Shown here in pieces: positions 44,139 through 55,773 of a stretch of DNA of 61,237 nucleotides (within the stretch, counting starts at the first letter, position 1; each line of letters starts with the position of its first letter). The stretch lies in IMG/VR virus record IMGVR_UViG_3300025870_000001; one strand, given 5' to 3'. The stretch comes from an uncultured virus (IMG/VR IMGVR_UViG_3300025870_000001). Taxonomy: Duplodnaviria > Heunggongvirae > Uroviricota > Caudoviricetes. The notes beneath the pieces are model-generated. The model ran no database searches, was not told the origin of the DNA, and saw only the letters and a program-made list of their open reading frames with translations. The position numbers were made by a program, and so were the translations under genes.

Positions 44139-47100
44139 ATGTCAGATACAAATCTTACAACTTCAATACAGGCTATTCGCACGAAAATCCTTAACGATAT
44201 TACGACTGCGACAGTAGACCAACTACTTTCTCTTTCCAGAGCAGCAAAATCTGTAGGACTAACAGAAGATAGTGATATTGAAAATGCGGTAAATTCTAGA
44301 GTAAATGCACTTTCTTCTGGTGCAACTACAGAAGAGATGGTAAAATTATCGAATGCTATCAAACAAGTAAGAAATTCTTCTCAATCTGCCCTATCTCCCT
44401 CTGCAACCTCAGATGATATTGTTGAAGGAACTACAAATAAATTCATGTCTGATGCTAATTTGCAGGCATTGGGTTCTGCAATTATTCCGGCAACAGATGC
44501 TACACATGACTTGGGCTCTCCTACAAATAAATTTAGAGACTTATATCTAGACAACAACACTCTATACTTTGGTACTACTCAATTTACATCAGATGACATT
44601 CTCAACTTCGATCTCTCAGTACAACCAGAAACATTAGAAATTCAAGTATCGGCAGACGAAGCAGGCCATGGAACACATTGGGATTGGACATGGACACAAT
44701 CTGCACTTCCATATGCACGTACAGCCATTACTGAAACGCCACTGAATGTCGTACCTTTGTATATGCAGGGCACATATCAAATCAACAACTTTGCTAATAC
44801 TCAATATGGGTCAATGACGCAACCCCATTCATTTAAATTGAAGTGGATTGAAGGTGCTGGAAACGACAACCTAGTTTCATGGGCAACTACAACTACAGTA
44901 AACCACAGTCATCCAGATATCAATGGTGGAAATTCAACAAGCGTTGAGAGACTAGCAGTAAATGTTCCATCTACAATCACACCACCAACTCTCACAGCAC
45001 CGGCTGTCACATATACTGTTAGTTCTACAACAGGTGCATATGTATTCTCTGGAACTGCGATGGGCAACAATCCAGAAATTGGCCCATTCTATAGAGGCGG
45101 CACATATACAATCAATATCAATGCTTCTGGACACCCATTCTACTTCACAACAGATAATGGAACAAACTTTGCAGCTAATACATATTTCGGAGAATATACG
45201 AATGGCGTGACTGGTTCTCGCACTGATAATGGTACAATTACATTCACAGTTCCTGCTGGAGCACCTGATGTATTGTATTATCAATGTGGCGTTCATAGTG
45301 CAATGCGAGGCACAATTCGTGTTAAAGATCTTGCAGTAGAAACCAATGCAAATGGTAACTACTTGATTTATGGACAGCATACACAAGAAAGTCATGCACA
45401 AACTATCGAATTGCGTCCTATTCCTACACTCACATCTCAGATGTGTCTCGTATACGATTCATCAACAAACAAATTCGTTCCACAAGACTTATCGACATAT
45501 GTAGAAAATACTCCGGCGTTTGAGAATAAGATTAAAGAGGTTGCTGGTACTGCAACTCTGATTGCACCAGATGGCACATCTTTGGTTGCATCTGTCAATA
45601 TCTATAGTGATGCAACATATTTACCGGCTGTAGGAAATACTGTTGGTGACATTGCATTTGTAGAAGATACACAGAAACTATACATTTACAAAGCCACTGG
45701 TTGGATTGAAACAGTCGCCAATGCAGACTTAACAGGGCTTGCAACAGAAGCATTTGTACAGAACTATGTTGCAAACAATGTCTCAGGTGGAAATGTTGTA
45801 GAATATACATCAACAAACACTGCAGCAACAAATGATATTGTGATGTTGAATTCTGACGGTACTGTTACTGTAGTTGAGCCTACAAATTATCCATTCGATC
45901 AACAGACTGCTATAGATTCTCAAATGACTAGTGGATCTATCGCAGATTTAAACAATAGAGGTATGATAGCCCATCATTCCACCAGAGAAAAAGGAATGTT
46001 AATTTTCCCTGGCGGCACTGGACATAATGACCGTACAATGTTAGTTGTATTTTCAAGAAATGGATCGGGAATATCAAAAGGAACGCCATTTTCTTCGGGA
46101 GAACCTATCAATAACTTTAAAGATCAACATGCATTCTTTGGGCCCGCTGGAGCACATGAAGACAAATTTCTATATCTTGGAGCAGCATCAAGTGGAGGCA
46201 ATTTAAATGTAGGTACTGGAAATATTACAGGAACTACTGTAAACACAACTGGCACAGATAGTTCGGCGGCATATAGCGATTCAACTAATAACGGACAATT
46301 GGATATTAGTATAAACGGCGGCGGCGCTGGGAACATGGCCATTGATCACGGTGGGTTTAGTGGAACAGTTTTAACTCTTTATCTAAAATTTCTTGGTGCT
46401 AATGGCTATCCAGCAGTAAGAAAGTTTACTTACGATTTCGCAAATCAATACTTAGATCGCAGTTTTCCCGAAATAGAACTTTCAACATCGGAAGCATTTG
46501 AATGGGAACACACCGCGATTGACCCATCAACTCCAACTAGAATTGCTTTATATAGACAAGAGGGATCGACTTCTACTCGCAGAGGTATAATTAAATTTGC
46601 TGATGTAGATTGGGATGCCGGAACTATTAATATAGGCCCAGCAGCAGATTTATTTACAAGAAGTGGAAGTCACAATGTAGATGCGTATGAAATTCAAAAC
46701 AAACAAGCATTCCATCCAACTAATGGATTGCTTGCCGCAGTTACAACATCTCCGGCTGATGGCGGTGGAGATGCACCATACAGATTAAAAGTTGCTCTAT
46801 ATAGCGCAGATGTAAATCTTAGTATTACTAATGTAAGTGGAAACTTAACTCTTATGAATGGGGCCAATGTCAAAGTTGGTACAGTAATAGGTAATATTGC
46901 ATGGACTAAAGGTAGTAATACAGGAAGCACGCCAAACGCGCCGCTATTGATTACACCAATTATATCCAATCAAATTGGTTCTAGTCCACAGACTCGATAT
47001 CTACAATACGATAATTCTGGAAATTATATCACACAAACATTTGATAGTAATACATTTGATTCGGGAAGTATGTGGACATATTCAAGTCCTTTCAACGATG

Positions 47101-48983
47101 GCGACACAGCATCATATTCACCAGATACAGTAAACAGTCAATATCCCCAAGTAATTATGACGCAGGGCCCATATGGCGAATCTAACTTTGATGCGACTAA
47201 ATTGCATGGTGTTGCAGCATCTGCTGGAACAACTATTGATGTAACTCTTGAACACGGAATTCATACAGGACTCTCTGGTCTCACTACAGGAACAAAGTAT
47301 TTTGTTACAGATTCGGGTGGCATTTCTACTAGCGGTTCTGTAAAACTTGGCACTGCTATCAATGCAACCTCACTTGCACTAGATTTCACTGATGAACTTA
47401 CGAGTGCAGATTTGGGTACATATGCAACCAAATCATATGTAGCAACTCAAGTTGCAAATCTAGTAGATTCTGCACCAACAACTCTTGATACTCTTAATGA
47501 GTTAGCTGCGGCATTAGGTGATGATGCAAACTTCTCTACTACAGTCACAAACTCATTGGCAAATAAACTCGAAGCATCCGATTTAAACGGATATGCAACA
47601 GAAACTTATGTTGGTAATCAAATCACCGCGGCAGGTAGTTATAGTGACGCAAGTGTAGATTCTCATTTAAATCAAAGCACAGCAACAACAGGACAGATAT
47701 TAACTTGGAACGGCACTGATTATGCATGGGTCGATGCAAGTTCCTCAATATCTGTTTCTGAAACTGCTCCAGCATCACCTTCTAATGGCGACATGTGGTT
47801 CGATTCATCAAATGCAAACACATATATCTACTACACAGATACAGATAGTTCTCAGTGGTTGCAAATTGGCGGAATAGGACAAACAGTTCAAAATATTACA
47901 AACAATAGTACAGTTTTTGGAAATCCTACAATCGCATCTGTGTCTCCTAATAGCTTCGATGGTACAAGCGGTACAGTTATCACAATTCAAGGTACAAACT
48001 TTGATGTAGGTACAGTTGTCTCATTTATAGATGCAAATGGAGTTGAAACTAATGCAGCTGCAACATCTATAGTAACTCAAGGGGAACTTACTGCGACTAT
48101 ACCACAGGCATATACATCAGCTGAGGGCCCACTCGATGTTAAAGTTACAGTCGGCGATGGACAAACTATAACATCAACCGATGCAATTCAAACTGGTGGC
48201 TCTCCGACTTGGACAACCGCATCAGGACAACTTGGAAGTTCACTATACAAAGACCAAACTGGAGTTTCTTTACAAATCGAAGCAACAGACCCAGACGGGC
48301 AATTTGTATCATATGAAGTTGCCAGTGGTTCGTTGGCCCCCGGCCTAAGTCTTGCAGCTGGTACTGGATTGATAACAGGTGATATCACAACTGCAAGTAT
48401 TACAGCAGATACAAATTATTCGTTTACTGCAAATGCTAACGATACAGCAGGAAACTCAACACCCAGAACATTCTTCATCAATGTATTAAATTCTGGGCAA
48501 TTGCAAAATTATGTATGGAGAAATTCTTGGGGGAACCAACTGAATGATGGGCTTATGGGGTATGATTATGGAAGGTCTCCACAATTTATATCATTTTGGC
48601 ACACCGCATATATCGGTACGTCAACTAATGGTTCTCTATTTTGGGGCGATGGAAACAATCAATCTGCACAACAAGACACGGGCGGTTCTCATTATGTAAA
48701 TTCAACGATAATTGATGATAGAATGAATGCATTAAAAACACATGTTGATGGTGGGGGCACTTTCGATTTTCATATTAGTGGATATAATACTGGAGCAAAT
48801 GAATCCTACACATTTGATAGCACCTCAAGCAACATATATAAAAATGGAAATGAATGGCGCATGGGAGGATTTAGTCACCTTAGCTTCATGCGAGGTGTCG
48901 CCAGCGCTTCAAATAGCGGGAGTTATATTTCCAATGGAATGTACACTAATCCAAAATATATAACAATAGCAATACCATACTAA
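44139..48983 (+). CDS. Large modular fibre/adhesin protein (cupredoxin-like, IPT/Ig-like modules)
   Basis: DLGS..KFRDLYL, GHPFY..YYQCGVHSAM, LDTLNELAAALGDD, GDMWFD, SVSP..GTNF. Confidence 0.85.
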   Translation: MSDTNLTTSIQAIRTKILNDITTATVDQLLSLSRAAKSVGLTEDSDIENAVNSRVNALSSGATTEEMVKLSNAIKQVRNSSQSALSPSATSDDIVEGTTNKFMSDANLQALGSAIIPATDATHDLGSPTNKFRDLYLDNNTLYFGTTQFTSDDILNFDLSVQPETLEIQVSADEAGHGTHWDWTWTQSALPYARTAITETPLNVVPLYMQGTYQINNFANTQYGSMTQPHSFKLKWIEGAGNDNLVSWATTTTVNHSHPDINGGNSTSVERLAVNVPSTITPPTLTAPAVTYTVSSTTGAYVFSGTAMGNNPEIGPFYRGGTYTININASGHPFYFTTDNGTNFAANTYFGEYTNGVTGSRTDNGTITFTVPAGAPDVLYYQCGVHSAMRGTIRVKDLAVETNANGNYLIYGQHTQESHAQTIELRPIPTLTSQMCLVYDSSTNKFVPQDLSTYVENTPAFENKIKEVAGTATLIAPDGTSLVASVNIYSDATYLPAVGNTVGDIAFVEDTQKLYIYKATGWIETVANADLTGLATEAFVQNYVANNVSGGNVVEYTSTNTAATNDIVMLNSDGTVTVVEPTNYPFDQQTAIDSQMTSGSIADLNNRGMIAHHSTREKGMLIFPGGTGHNDRTMLVVFSRNGSGISKGTPFSSGEPINNFKDQHAFFGPAGAHEDKFLYLGAASSGGNLNVGTGNITGTTVNTTGTDSSAAYSDSTNNGQLDISINGGGAGNMAIDHGGFSGTVLTLYLKFLGANGYPAVRKFTYDFANQYLDRSFPEIELSTSEAFEWEHTAIDPSTPTRIALYRQEGSTSTRRGIIKFADVDWDAGTINIGPAADLFTRSGSHNVDAYEIQNKQAFHPTNGLLAAVTTSPADGGGDAPYRLKVALYSADVNLSITNVSGNLTLMNGANVKVGTVIGNIAWTKGSNTGSTPNAPLLITPIISNQIGSSPQTRYLQYDNSGNYITQTFDSNTFDSGSMWTYSSPFNDGDTASYSPDTVNSQYPQVIMTQGPYGESNFDATKLHGVAASAGTTIDVTLEHGIHTGLSGLTTGTKYFVTDSGGISTSGSVKLGTAINATSLALDFTDELTSADLGTYATKSYVATQVANLVDSAPTTLDTLNELAAALGDDANFSTTVTNSLANKLEASDLNGYATETYVGNQITAAGSYSDASVDSHLNQSTATTGQILTWNGTDYAWVDASSSISVSETAPASPSNGDMWFDSSNANTYIYYTDTDSSQWLQIGGIGQTVQNITNNSTVFGNPTIASVSPNSFDGTSGTVITIQGTNFDVGTVVSFIDANGVETNAAATSIVTQGELTATIPQAYTSAEGPLDVKVTVGDGQTITSTDAIQTGGSPTWTTASGQLGSSLYKDQTGVSLQIEATDPDGQFVSYEVASGSLAPGLSLAAGTGLITGDITTASITADTNYSFTANANDTAGNSTPRTFFINVLNSGQLQNYVWRNSWGNQLNDGLMGYDYGRSPQFISFWHTAYIGTSTNGSLFWGDGNNQSAQQDTGGSHYVNSTIIDDRMNALKTHVDGGGTFDFHISGYNTGANESYTFDSTSSNIYKNGNEWRMGGFSHLSFMRGVASASNSGSYISNGMYTNPKYITIAIPY

Positions 48984-49010
48984 GTTTTAAAAACTAAAGG
49001 AAACAAATAA

Positions 49011-50255
49011 ATGGCAATCAATTTTCCAAATAGTCCAGCGAATGGCGATACACATGTGTCGGGTGAAAAGACTTTTAATTACGATGCCGCTAAGGGTGTG
49101 TGGAATTTAGAAGGCAATTTGAAGGTTGCACTAGATATTACCAGCACTCCACCATCTAGTCCATCACATGGTGACTTGTGGATGGATGAAGCAACTGGTG
49201 ACATGTATACATATTTCACGGATACGGATAGTTCTCAATGGATTCAAATCAACGGCGTAGGTGCTGTTGGTGCTGGTGGGGGTTCTGGTGGTGTTACTGT
49301 ATATGCAAATTTTGCTGCATTTCCATCAAGCGGAAATACTGAAGGAGACTTTGCTTTTGCTACGGATACAAAGGCAGTTTATATATGGGATGGTTCTGAA
49401 TGGGATAGAATTTCTAGTGGACCTCAAATAGGGCCTAGATATACTACAACTCCCCCATCCCAATCAAACCTTAGTACAAGTGGTGCTACAAGCACATTAA
49501 CCGCTGTCGCAGTTGATGAGTCTGGGTTTCCAATAACATATGATTGGGATGCATACTCTGGATCGACTGTTTATAATTCTTCCAATTTGCCGCCGCAACT
49601 AACAGCAGTATCAGAAAACAATGGAGTATTTACTTTAACTCCTAGTACGAGCGAATCTGATTCTGGAGAGGTAATATTTAGAACTAAGGCATCTGACGGT
49701 GTTTTATTTACACCTGCTATTACTAATCTGGCTTTAATATTTGGATTAGAAAATATTACTGGATTTGTTGTAGATCAAACTAGTATAGGTAATTATAATC
49801 ATACAGTTTGGCATGCAGCAATGTTCAATAGTGGTGGTAGTGTTTTTAACGATTCGTCTTTAAGAAGCAGCACCACAGCTGTGGGCTACACTCCAACATC
49901 AAATGTGCCAGAGTGGGGTCAAGGGTTTACCTCAAATACTCACACTGTCAATTATGGGCCGGCATTAATGTTAAGTAATGCTACTGCCGCAGGGTTTACA
50001 GTGCCAGATCCTTTTTATACATTTTTTGTGAGTGAAGGAACGGCTAATGATAACTTTAGAGTGGAATGGACTAGTGGGGGAGTTACAGGTCAGAGATTTT
50101 ACATAACTGGCTGGGATGCTGCAAACGGGAACACTTATTTTAATGGCGGACAAGTAAAATTTTATATTAATGGAGTATTAGAGTCGAACTGGAGATCATT
50201 GACTACGATTGGATCTGGCAACTCTACCGCTTTTTATATAGACTTAATGGTATAA
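49011..50255 (+). CDS. Modular fibre/adhesin protein
   Basis: MAINFPNSP module, GDLW repeat, Ig-like region. Confidence 0.8.
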   Translation: MAINFPNSPANGDTHVSGEKTFNYDAAKGVWNLEGNLKVALDITSTPPSSPSHGDLWMDEATGDMYTYFTDTDSSQWIQINGVGAVGAGGGSGGVTVYANFAAFPSSGNTEGDFAFATDTKAVYIWDGSEWDRISSGPQIGPRYTTTPPSQSNLSTSGATSTLTAVAVDESGFPITYDWDAYSGSTVYNSSNLPPQLTAVSENNGVFTLTPSTSESDSGEVIFRTKASDGVLFTPAITNLALIFGLENITGFVVDQTSIGNYNHTVWHAAMFNSGGSVFNDSSLRSSTTAVGYTPTSNVPEWGQGFTSNTHTVNYGPALMLSNATAAGFTVPDPFYTFFVSEGTANDNFRVEWTSGGVTGQRFYITGWDAANGNTYFNGGQVKFYINGVLESNWRSLTTIGSGNSTAFYIDLMV

Positions 50256-50267
50256 AGGAACGAATAA

Positions 50268-52034
50268 ATGGCAATGAACTTTCCAAATTCACCATCAGAT
50301 GGAGACACCCACGAAGTAAATGGGAAAACCTTCATATACAATGCAACTAAAGGTATCTGGAGTGTTTCTGGAGCCGTGCAACTCATATCAGTATCAGATA
50401 CTGCACCACCAAGTCCAGTAAATGGAGATATGTGGTTTAATTCTTCCGACACTAACACTTATATGTGGTATTCGGATGGGGATAGCAACCAATGGATACA
50501 ATTAAATGGTACTGGTACAGTAGTTCAAAACATTACAAATAATGTTTTTGATACTCCCGCAATCACATCCGTATCTCCTGCTAATTATAACGGCACTGAT
50601 GCAACTACATTTACAATAATTGGAACTAACTTTAATGTTGGAACAATAGTTACTTTCATAGATTCTGGTGGAAATGAATATAATGCATCAACAACCTCTG
50701 TCATAACTCAAGGAGAATTGACAGCTGTAACACCACAGGCATTCACTGCGGCGCAGGGCCCATTAGATGTGAAAGTCACTACAGGTGGTGGCGCTGCAAC
50801 TGTGACAGCAACAGATATGATACAAACTGGCGGTTCTCCAGTGTGGACAACTGCTGCTGGCAATCTTGGCGATTTTAATAAGGATGCGGTTCCAAATCCA
50901 GTTGCAGATTTAGATGCAACCGATCCAGACGGTGATCCTATACTCTATAGCATACAATCAGGAGCTACTCCAGCAGGAACATCAATTGATGGAAGTACTG
51001 GTGCCATTTCTGGCAATTTTGACGATTCTGGACTTTCTGGAGACACAACATATTCTTTTACTGCCGGAGTTAATGATACAGCAGGAAATATGGTAACTAG
51101 AAATTTCAATATTATTGTTAGAGATCAAGTTAGTTATTTTGATATTTCAAATATGCCTGGCTTACTAGAAAGCGATCAATCTGTCGATGTGTATGGTGGG
51201 GCAAATGGCTGGGTATCCGCAGGCGGATCTTCTATAAATAATTACATGTCGATTTCTATGAGCAATGATGGAAGTCATTTGATGGTTGGAGATAATAGCA
51301 ATTTGTTTGTATGGGCTCTAGGTTCTGCATATGATTTAAATAGTATTTCTTCTCCCCCCACAAAGGTTGGATATACTGGAACAAATGGACTCCCGAGCCC
51401 GGGCGTAACTCCAGATGTCGTGCATGATGGAACAAGTACACATATTGTATATGGTACGTGGTCAGGCAATAAAGGCAAATATGCAACAATGTCAAATTCT
51501 TCTGGTGGAACTATGGATATTGCTCATAATTGGAGTGGAGATTCGAAAACGCCGGACTATGGCCCTATGCACGATAACCAACTATCATATGGTACATCTT
51601 GGGCGGGCGAAGGTAATTATATTACACAAGGAAGATATAATAATGTGTATGTATTCCCAACAGCATCACAATGGCATGTAGACACAGGGGCATCGATCTC
51701 TGGTAGTCATTCTATTGATGTTGGTGTTAGTGGACTAGTAGATGTTGATGCAGAAATCAGCGCTTGGACGGCTGGAATAACTCCCAAAATTTGGTGGTTA
51801 CAAAGAAGTGGGTTAGATCTTTATTTAAGACAAGCATCTGCAAGTATACACAATCCAACTTCTTCTTCGGAATGGACAATGGATGGATATAAGGCATTTT
51901 CAACTGCTTGGACTGATGGTGCAAGCACGATGCGAGACCCTAGGCTCCATGTAACACCATCGTATGTATTCGTATTGACCAGCGCGGCCGCGCCATCAAC
52001 CACAATAAAAGTTAAAAGATATCCAGTAGCATAA
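50268..52034 (+). CDS. Modular fibre/adhesin protein
   Basis: MAMNFPNSP module; IPT/Ig region paralogous to the C-terminal part of 44139. Confidence 0.8.
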   Translation: MAMNFPNSPSDGDTHEVNGKTFIYNATKGIWSVSGAVQLISVSDTAPPSPVNGDMWFNSSDTNTYMWYSDGDSNQWIQLNGTGTVVQNITNNVFDTPAITSVSPANYNGTDATTFTIIGTNFNVGTIVTFIDSGGNEYNASTTSVITQGELTAVTPQAFTAAQGPLDVKVTTGGGAATVTATDMIQTGGSPVWTTAAGNLGDFNKDAVPNPVADLDATDPDGDPILYSIQSGATPAGTSIDGSTGAISGNFDDSGLSGDTTYSFTAGVNDTAGNMVTRNFNIIVRDQVSYFDISNMPGLLESDQSVDVYGGANGWVSAGGSSINNYMSISMSNDGSHLMVGDNSNLFVWALGSAYDLNSISSPPTKVGYTGTNGLPSPGVTPDVVHDGTSTHIVYGTWSGNKGKYATMSNSSGGTMDIAHNWSGDSKTPDYGPMHDNQLSYGTSWAGEGNYITQGRYNNVYVFPTASQWHVDTGASISGSHSIDVGVSGLVDVDAEISAWTAGITPKIWWLQRSGLDLYLRQASASIHNPTSSSEWTMDGYKAFSTAWTDGASTMRDPRLHVTPSYVFVLTSAAAPSTTIKVKRYPVA

Positions 52035-52051
52035 TACAGAGGAACAAATAA

Positions 52052-55000
52052 ATGGCAACCAATTTTCCAAATAGTCCAGCAAATGGCGATACACATACCG
52101 CAGCAGGAACTACATATGTTTATGATGCAACAAATAGCGTTTGGAATAGACAAGGTTCTTCTGGTGGGTTTGATCCGGCATCAGTTTCTGAAAGTCTTAT
52201 ACCAGATGCGAATGAAACATATGATTTAGGTAGCTCAACGAATAAGTTTAGAGATTTATATCTTAGTGGGAATAGTATCACGCTTGGCACTGTCGAACTA
52301 TCAGATAATGGTGGAGCTTTAGAAGTCACACCTACTGGTGGGGGAAGTGCAGAACCCTTTGCAACGGAAACATATGTCACAACTCAAGTTGCAAATCTAG
52401 TAGATGCAGCGCCTGGCGCACTGGACACTCTCAATGAACTTGCAGCAGCACTTGGAGATGATGCCAACTTCTCCACAACAGTTACTAACTCATTGGCGAA
52501 TAAGGCAGATACATCATCTCTTGCAACAGTTGCAACATCTGGTTCTTATAACGACTTAACTAATCAACCAACTATCCCAACAAACAACAATCAGTTGACA
52601 AATGGTGCTGGATATGTTACTTCCGCGCAACTTGGTGGAGATAATACAGTAGTATCATATTCATCAACATCATCAGCTTCTGCGAATGATGTAATGATGT
52701 TGAATACAGATGGAACTGTAACTCCAATTGAAGTTACAACATTTCCTTCGGCCGTAAATGGCGCTGCGCCACAGATAGTACCATCTTCAACGAGACTTGC
52801 AGGCTCTACAAACGATGGTTCAGTTGTCGGTGACGCTCCTAATCATCTATTTAAATTAGATGGTAACAAATATCTTTCAGTTGGTAGACATGAGGGAGGC
52901 GCTAGTGGTTTTTATGGAGTTTATAGTGCTGTTGCAGAATATAATTCTGGATCGTGGACTTGGGGTAATGTTTATGATATGAACAATACCAATTGGGGAA
53001 CAGTCAATTGGAATAGCGAATATTATAACGACCCCTATGTACTAAGAAGTCCTGATAATCCAGACAAATTTTTATTTTTCAAATTAAGAACGGGTAGTAG
53101 TTTTGCTGCAATAATCGGTACAGTTAATGGACTTACTATTTCTTGGTCAGACTATTCGCAACCTTCTCAAAATTATCCATCATCGATTAATAATCAATAT
53201 AATGTAAGAACTGAATATGATTATGCCGGAAGTAGTGCCGGTAATTATAAATTTATTGTCTGGTATGGTACAGCGTCAGATATGAAAGCATTTAGGGTAG
53301 TTTGGGATGGAGACACTACTATTACATGGGAAGATGAAGTAACCATTTCTACCGGCGGTATCGGCGCTGTTCCAAATGGCAACATAAATCCAGTTTCTGC
53401 ATCCTTTTCAAGAGTTACTGAAGGAAGATTGTGCGTACATAACTATACGGCCGGATCTTTACAAGTATATGACATAGATTGGGTTAATGGTACAACACAA
53501 GTAGGAAACAACTTCTCCATAACCGCATCTAGCTCAACCGCTGGTACTAGTAATTACTATGGAGTTGATGTAAAAACTGCTTGGAATCCATTGACAGATG
53601 AAGTGATTTCTATTAATAGACTGGCGAGTGGAACTCCAAATATTAGATTTAGAAGATATAGTGTAGATGCAACAAGAACCATAACAGCAAATGGTGCTGA
53701 ATTCTCACCTGGCGGTGCAACGCCGTTTTATTCGAGTAGCACTTACTGGTTGAATGGAGATTTTAAGTTCTTCCCAAAAAGTAATGTAATGTTCTTTTCT
53801 CATGCACGAAAAGATGGTAGTTACGATTTGAATGCTATTCATTATCTCTCCACAGATAACGCAAGCTCCTTCACGCAAGATTATGGTATTTGGACGAATT
53901 ATGGATTAAGTGGGATGAACTGGCCATTTTCTGCTAGAATGTATCCAGATCCTTTTTCTTCTGGACAAGGTAGTATGTCTTATACCGATAGGACATCGGG
54001 AGTAAGTCGCCTAGAAGGAAAACCACTTCAAGGTGAGTATGTAGAATCAAATTTAGATAAATCTAAATTACATGGTCTTGCAGCAACTTCTGGTACAACT
54101 CCAGATGTTACAACGCAATTTGGTGTTCATGGTGGTTTGTCTGGATTGACTGTAGGTTCTAAGTACTATGTTCTTGATGATGGTACATTGAGTACAACTC
54201 CAGATACGCACAACGCAAAAATTGGTGTTGCTGTCAAATCAACACATATTGCATTAGATTTTATTGATGAGTTGACTGAAAGCGACTTAACAACATATGC
54301 AACCAAATCATATGTTGCGACACAGACATTCTCGGGCAGCTATAATGATCTGACAAACAAACCAACCATTCCAGCAAATACAAGTCAACTTGCAAATAAC
54401 TCTGGATTTATCACAGCGGCATCTCTCTCAGGCTATGCAACAGAGACTTATGTTAATACTGCAACTGCCAACTTAGTAGATTCTGCTCCGGCAACTCTTG
54501 ACACTCTCAATGAATTGGCAGCAGCATTAGGCGATGATGCAAACTTCAGTACAACAATCACTAACCAAATCGCGGCGAAGGCAGATGCATATAGTATTGC
54601 AACTGTAACCGCTTCGGGTGGTAACTTCTATATCGATGGGGTACAGCAAGTAACTCTATCATTTGAGCCTGGCAGAACATATAGATTTGATCAGGCAGAT
54701 TCTTCAAACGGTTCTCATCCTCTAAGATTCTCTACAACTTCTGATGGAACACATGGCGGTGGTTCTGAATATACAACTGGAGTGACTACTAATGGCACTG
54801 CTGGTTCTGCCGGTGCATATGTCCAGATTGCAATCACAAATGCAACACCTACATTATATTACTATTGCGTAAATCATAGCGGAATGGGTGCTGGAAGTGT
54901 TGTTGGTAATTTCTCTGGCGCATATTCTGATTTAACAGGAGCTCCTTCCATTCCATCAGCATATACAGATAGTGCAGTAGATACTCATCTAAATCAAAGT

Positions 55001-55762
55001 TCTGCTACTACTGGACAACTTCTTTCATGGAATGGTTCCGATTACACATGGACAGATGCTGCATCTGGAGTGACAACAAGTTCGACTGCACCATCATCTC
55101 CGGCCGCCGGAGACTTGTGGTTTGACACTGACGATCTAATTATGTATGTATATTACAACGATGGGTCGTCAAACCAGTGGGTGGAAGCAAATAGCGCACA
55201 AGTGGGCGGTTCTTCTGTAACGAATTCGGATACTGCTCCAGCCGGAGCAGCTGCCGGAGATTTATGGTTTAAGAGCGACACAGCAGACTTATTCTTGTAT
55301 TATACTGATGCGGATAGTTCTCAGTGGGTACAAGTTGGTGGCGCTGGGCAATCAACTTCTGGAAGTGGAATTCAATCATCTATCGCAACTGGAAATACAT
55401 CTGTTACCACAACAGATACTGGTTCTGATGGTCATATTGACATTACAACTGAGGGTACTGCAAGGTGGGAAGTTACAAGTGCAGGGCATATCTTGCCCCA
55501 TGCAAATGCAACATATGATATTGGTAGTGCAGAAAGAAAAGTAAGATATCTATTTTTAGATTCTAATACAATGTTTGTCGGCAATACATCATTTAGTGAA
55601 GATAATATTGATAGAAGTATGGAAGTGTATACAGATGTTGCAGCACCGTCTTCTGCTACCGATATTGGAACAAAAGGCGATGTCAGAATCGTAGGAAACC
55701 ATATGTATGTTTGTATAAATACTAACACATGGGTTCGTACCCAAATAGAGACATCTTGGTAG
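52052..55762 (+). CDS. Large modular fibre/adhesin protein
   Basis: MATNFPNSP, two LDTLNELAAALGDD, SHPLRF..YYYCVNHSGM, two GDLWF repeats. Confidence 0.85.
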   Translation: MATNFPNSPANGDTHTAAGTTYVYDATNSVWNRQGSSGGFDPASVSESLIPDANETYDLGSSTNKFRDLYLSGNSITLGTVELSDNGGALEVTPTGGGSAEPFATETYVTTQVANLVDAAPGALDTLNELAAALGDDANFSTTVTNSLANKADTSSLATVATSGSYNDLTNQPTIPTNNNQLTNGAGYVTSAQLGGDNTVVSYSSTSSASANDVMMLNTDGTVTPIEVTTFPSAVNGAAPQIVPSSTRLAGSTNDGSVVGDAPNHLFKLDGNKYLSVGRHEGGASGFYGVYSAVAEYNSGSWTWGNVYDMNNTNWGTVNWNSEYYNDPYVLRSPDNPDKFLFFKLRTGSSFAAIIGTVNGLTISWSDYSQPSQNYPSSINNQYNVRTEYDYAGSSAGNYKFIVWYGTASDMKAFRVVWDGDTTITWEDEVTISTGGIGAVPNGNINPVSASFSRVTEGRLCVHNYTAGSLQVYDIDWVNGTTQVGNNFSITASSSTAGTSNYYGVDVKTAWNPLTDEVISINRLASGTPNIRFRRYSVDATRTITANGAEFSPGGATPFYSSSTYWLNGDFKFFPKSNVMFFSHARKDGSYDLNAIHYLSTDNASSFTQDYGIWTNYGLSGMNWPFSARMYPDPFSSGQGSMSYTDRTSGVSRLEGKPLQGEYVESNLDKSKLHGLAATSGTTPDVTTQFGVHGGLSGLTVGSKYYVLDDGTLSTTPDTHNAKIGVAVKSTHIALDFIDELTESDLTTYATKSYVATQTFSGSYNDLTNKPTIPANTSQLANNSGFITAASLSGYATETYVNTATANLVDSAPATLDTLNELAAALGDDANFSTTITNQIAAKADAYSIATVTASGGNFYIDGVQQVTLSFEPGRTYRFDQADSSNGSHPLRFSTTSDGTHGGGSEYTTGVTTNGTAGSAGAYVQIAITNATPTLYYYCVNHSGMGAGSVVGNFSGAYSDLTGAPSIPSAYTDSAVDTHLNQSSATTGQLLSWNGSDYTWTDAASGVTTSSTAPSSPAAGDLWFDTDDLIMYVYYNDGSSNQWVEANSAQVGGSSVTNSDTAPAGAAAGDLWFKSDTADLFLYYTDADSSQWVQVGGAGQSTSGSGIQSSIATGNTSVTTTDTGSDGHIDITTEGTARWEVTSAGHILPHANATYDIGSAERKVRYLFLDSNTMFVGNTSFSEDNIDRSMEVYTDVAAPSSATDIGTKGDVRIVGNHMYVCINTNTWVRTQIETSW

Positions 55763-55773
55763 AGGAATAAAGA

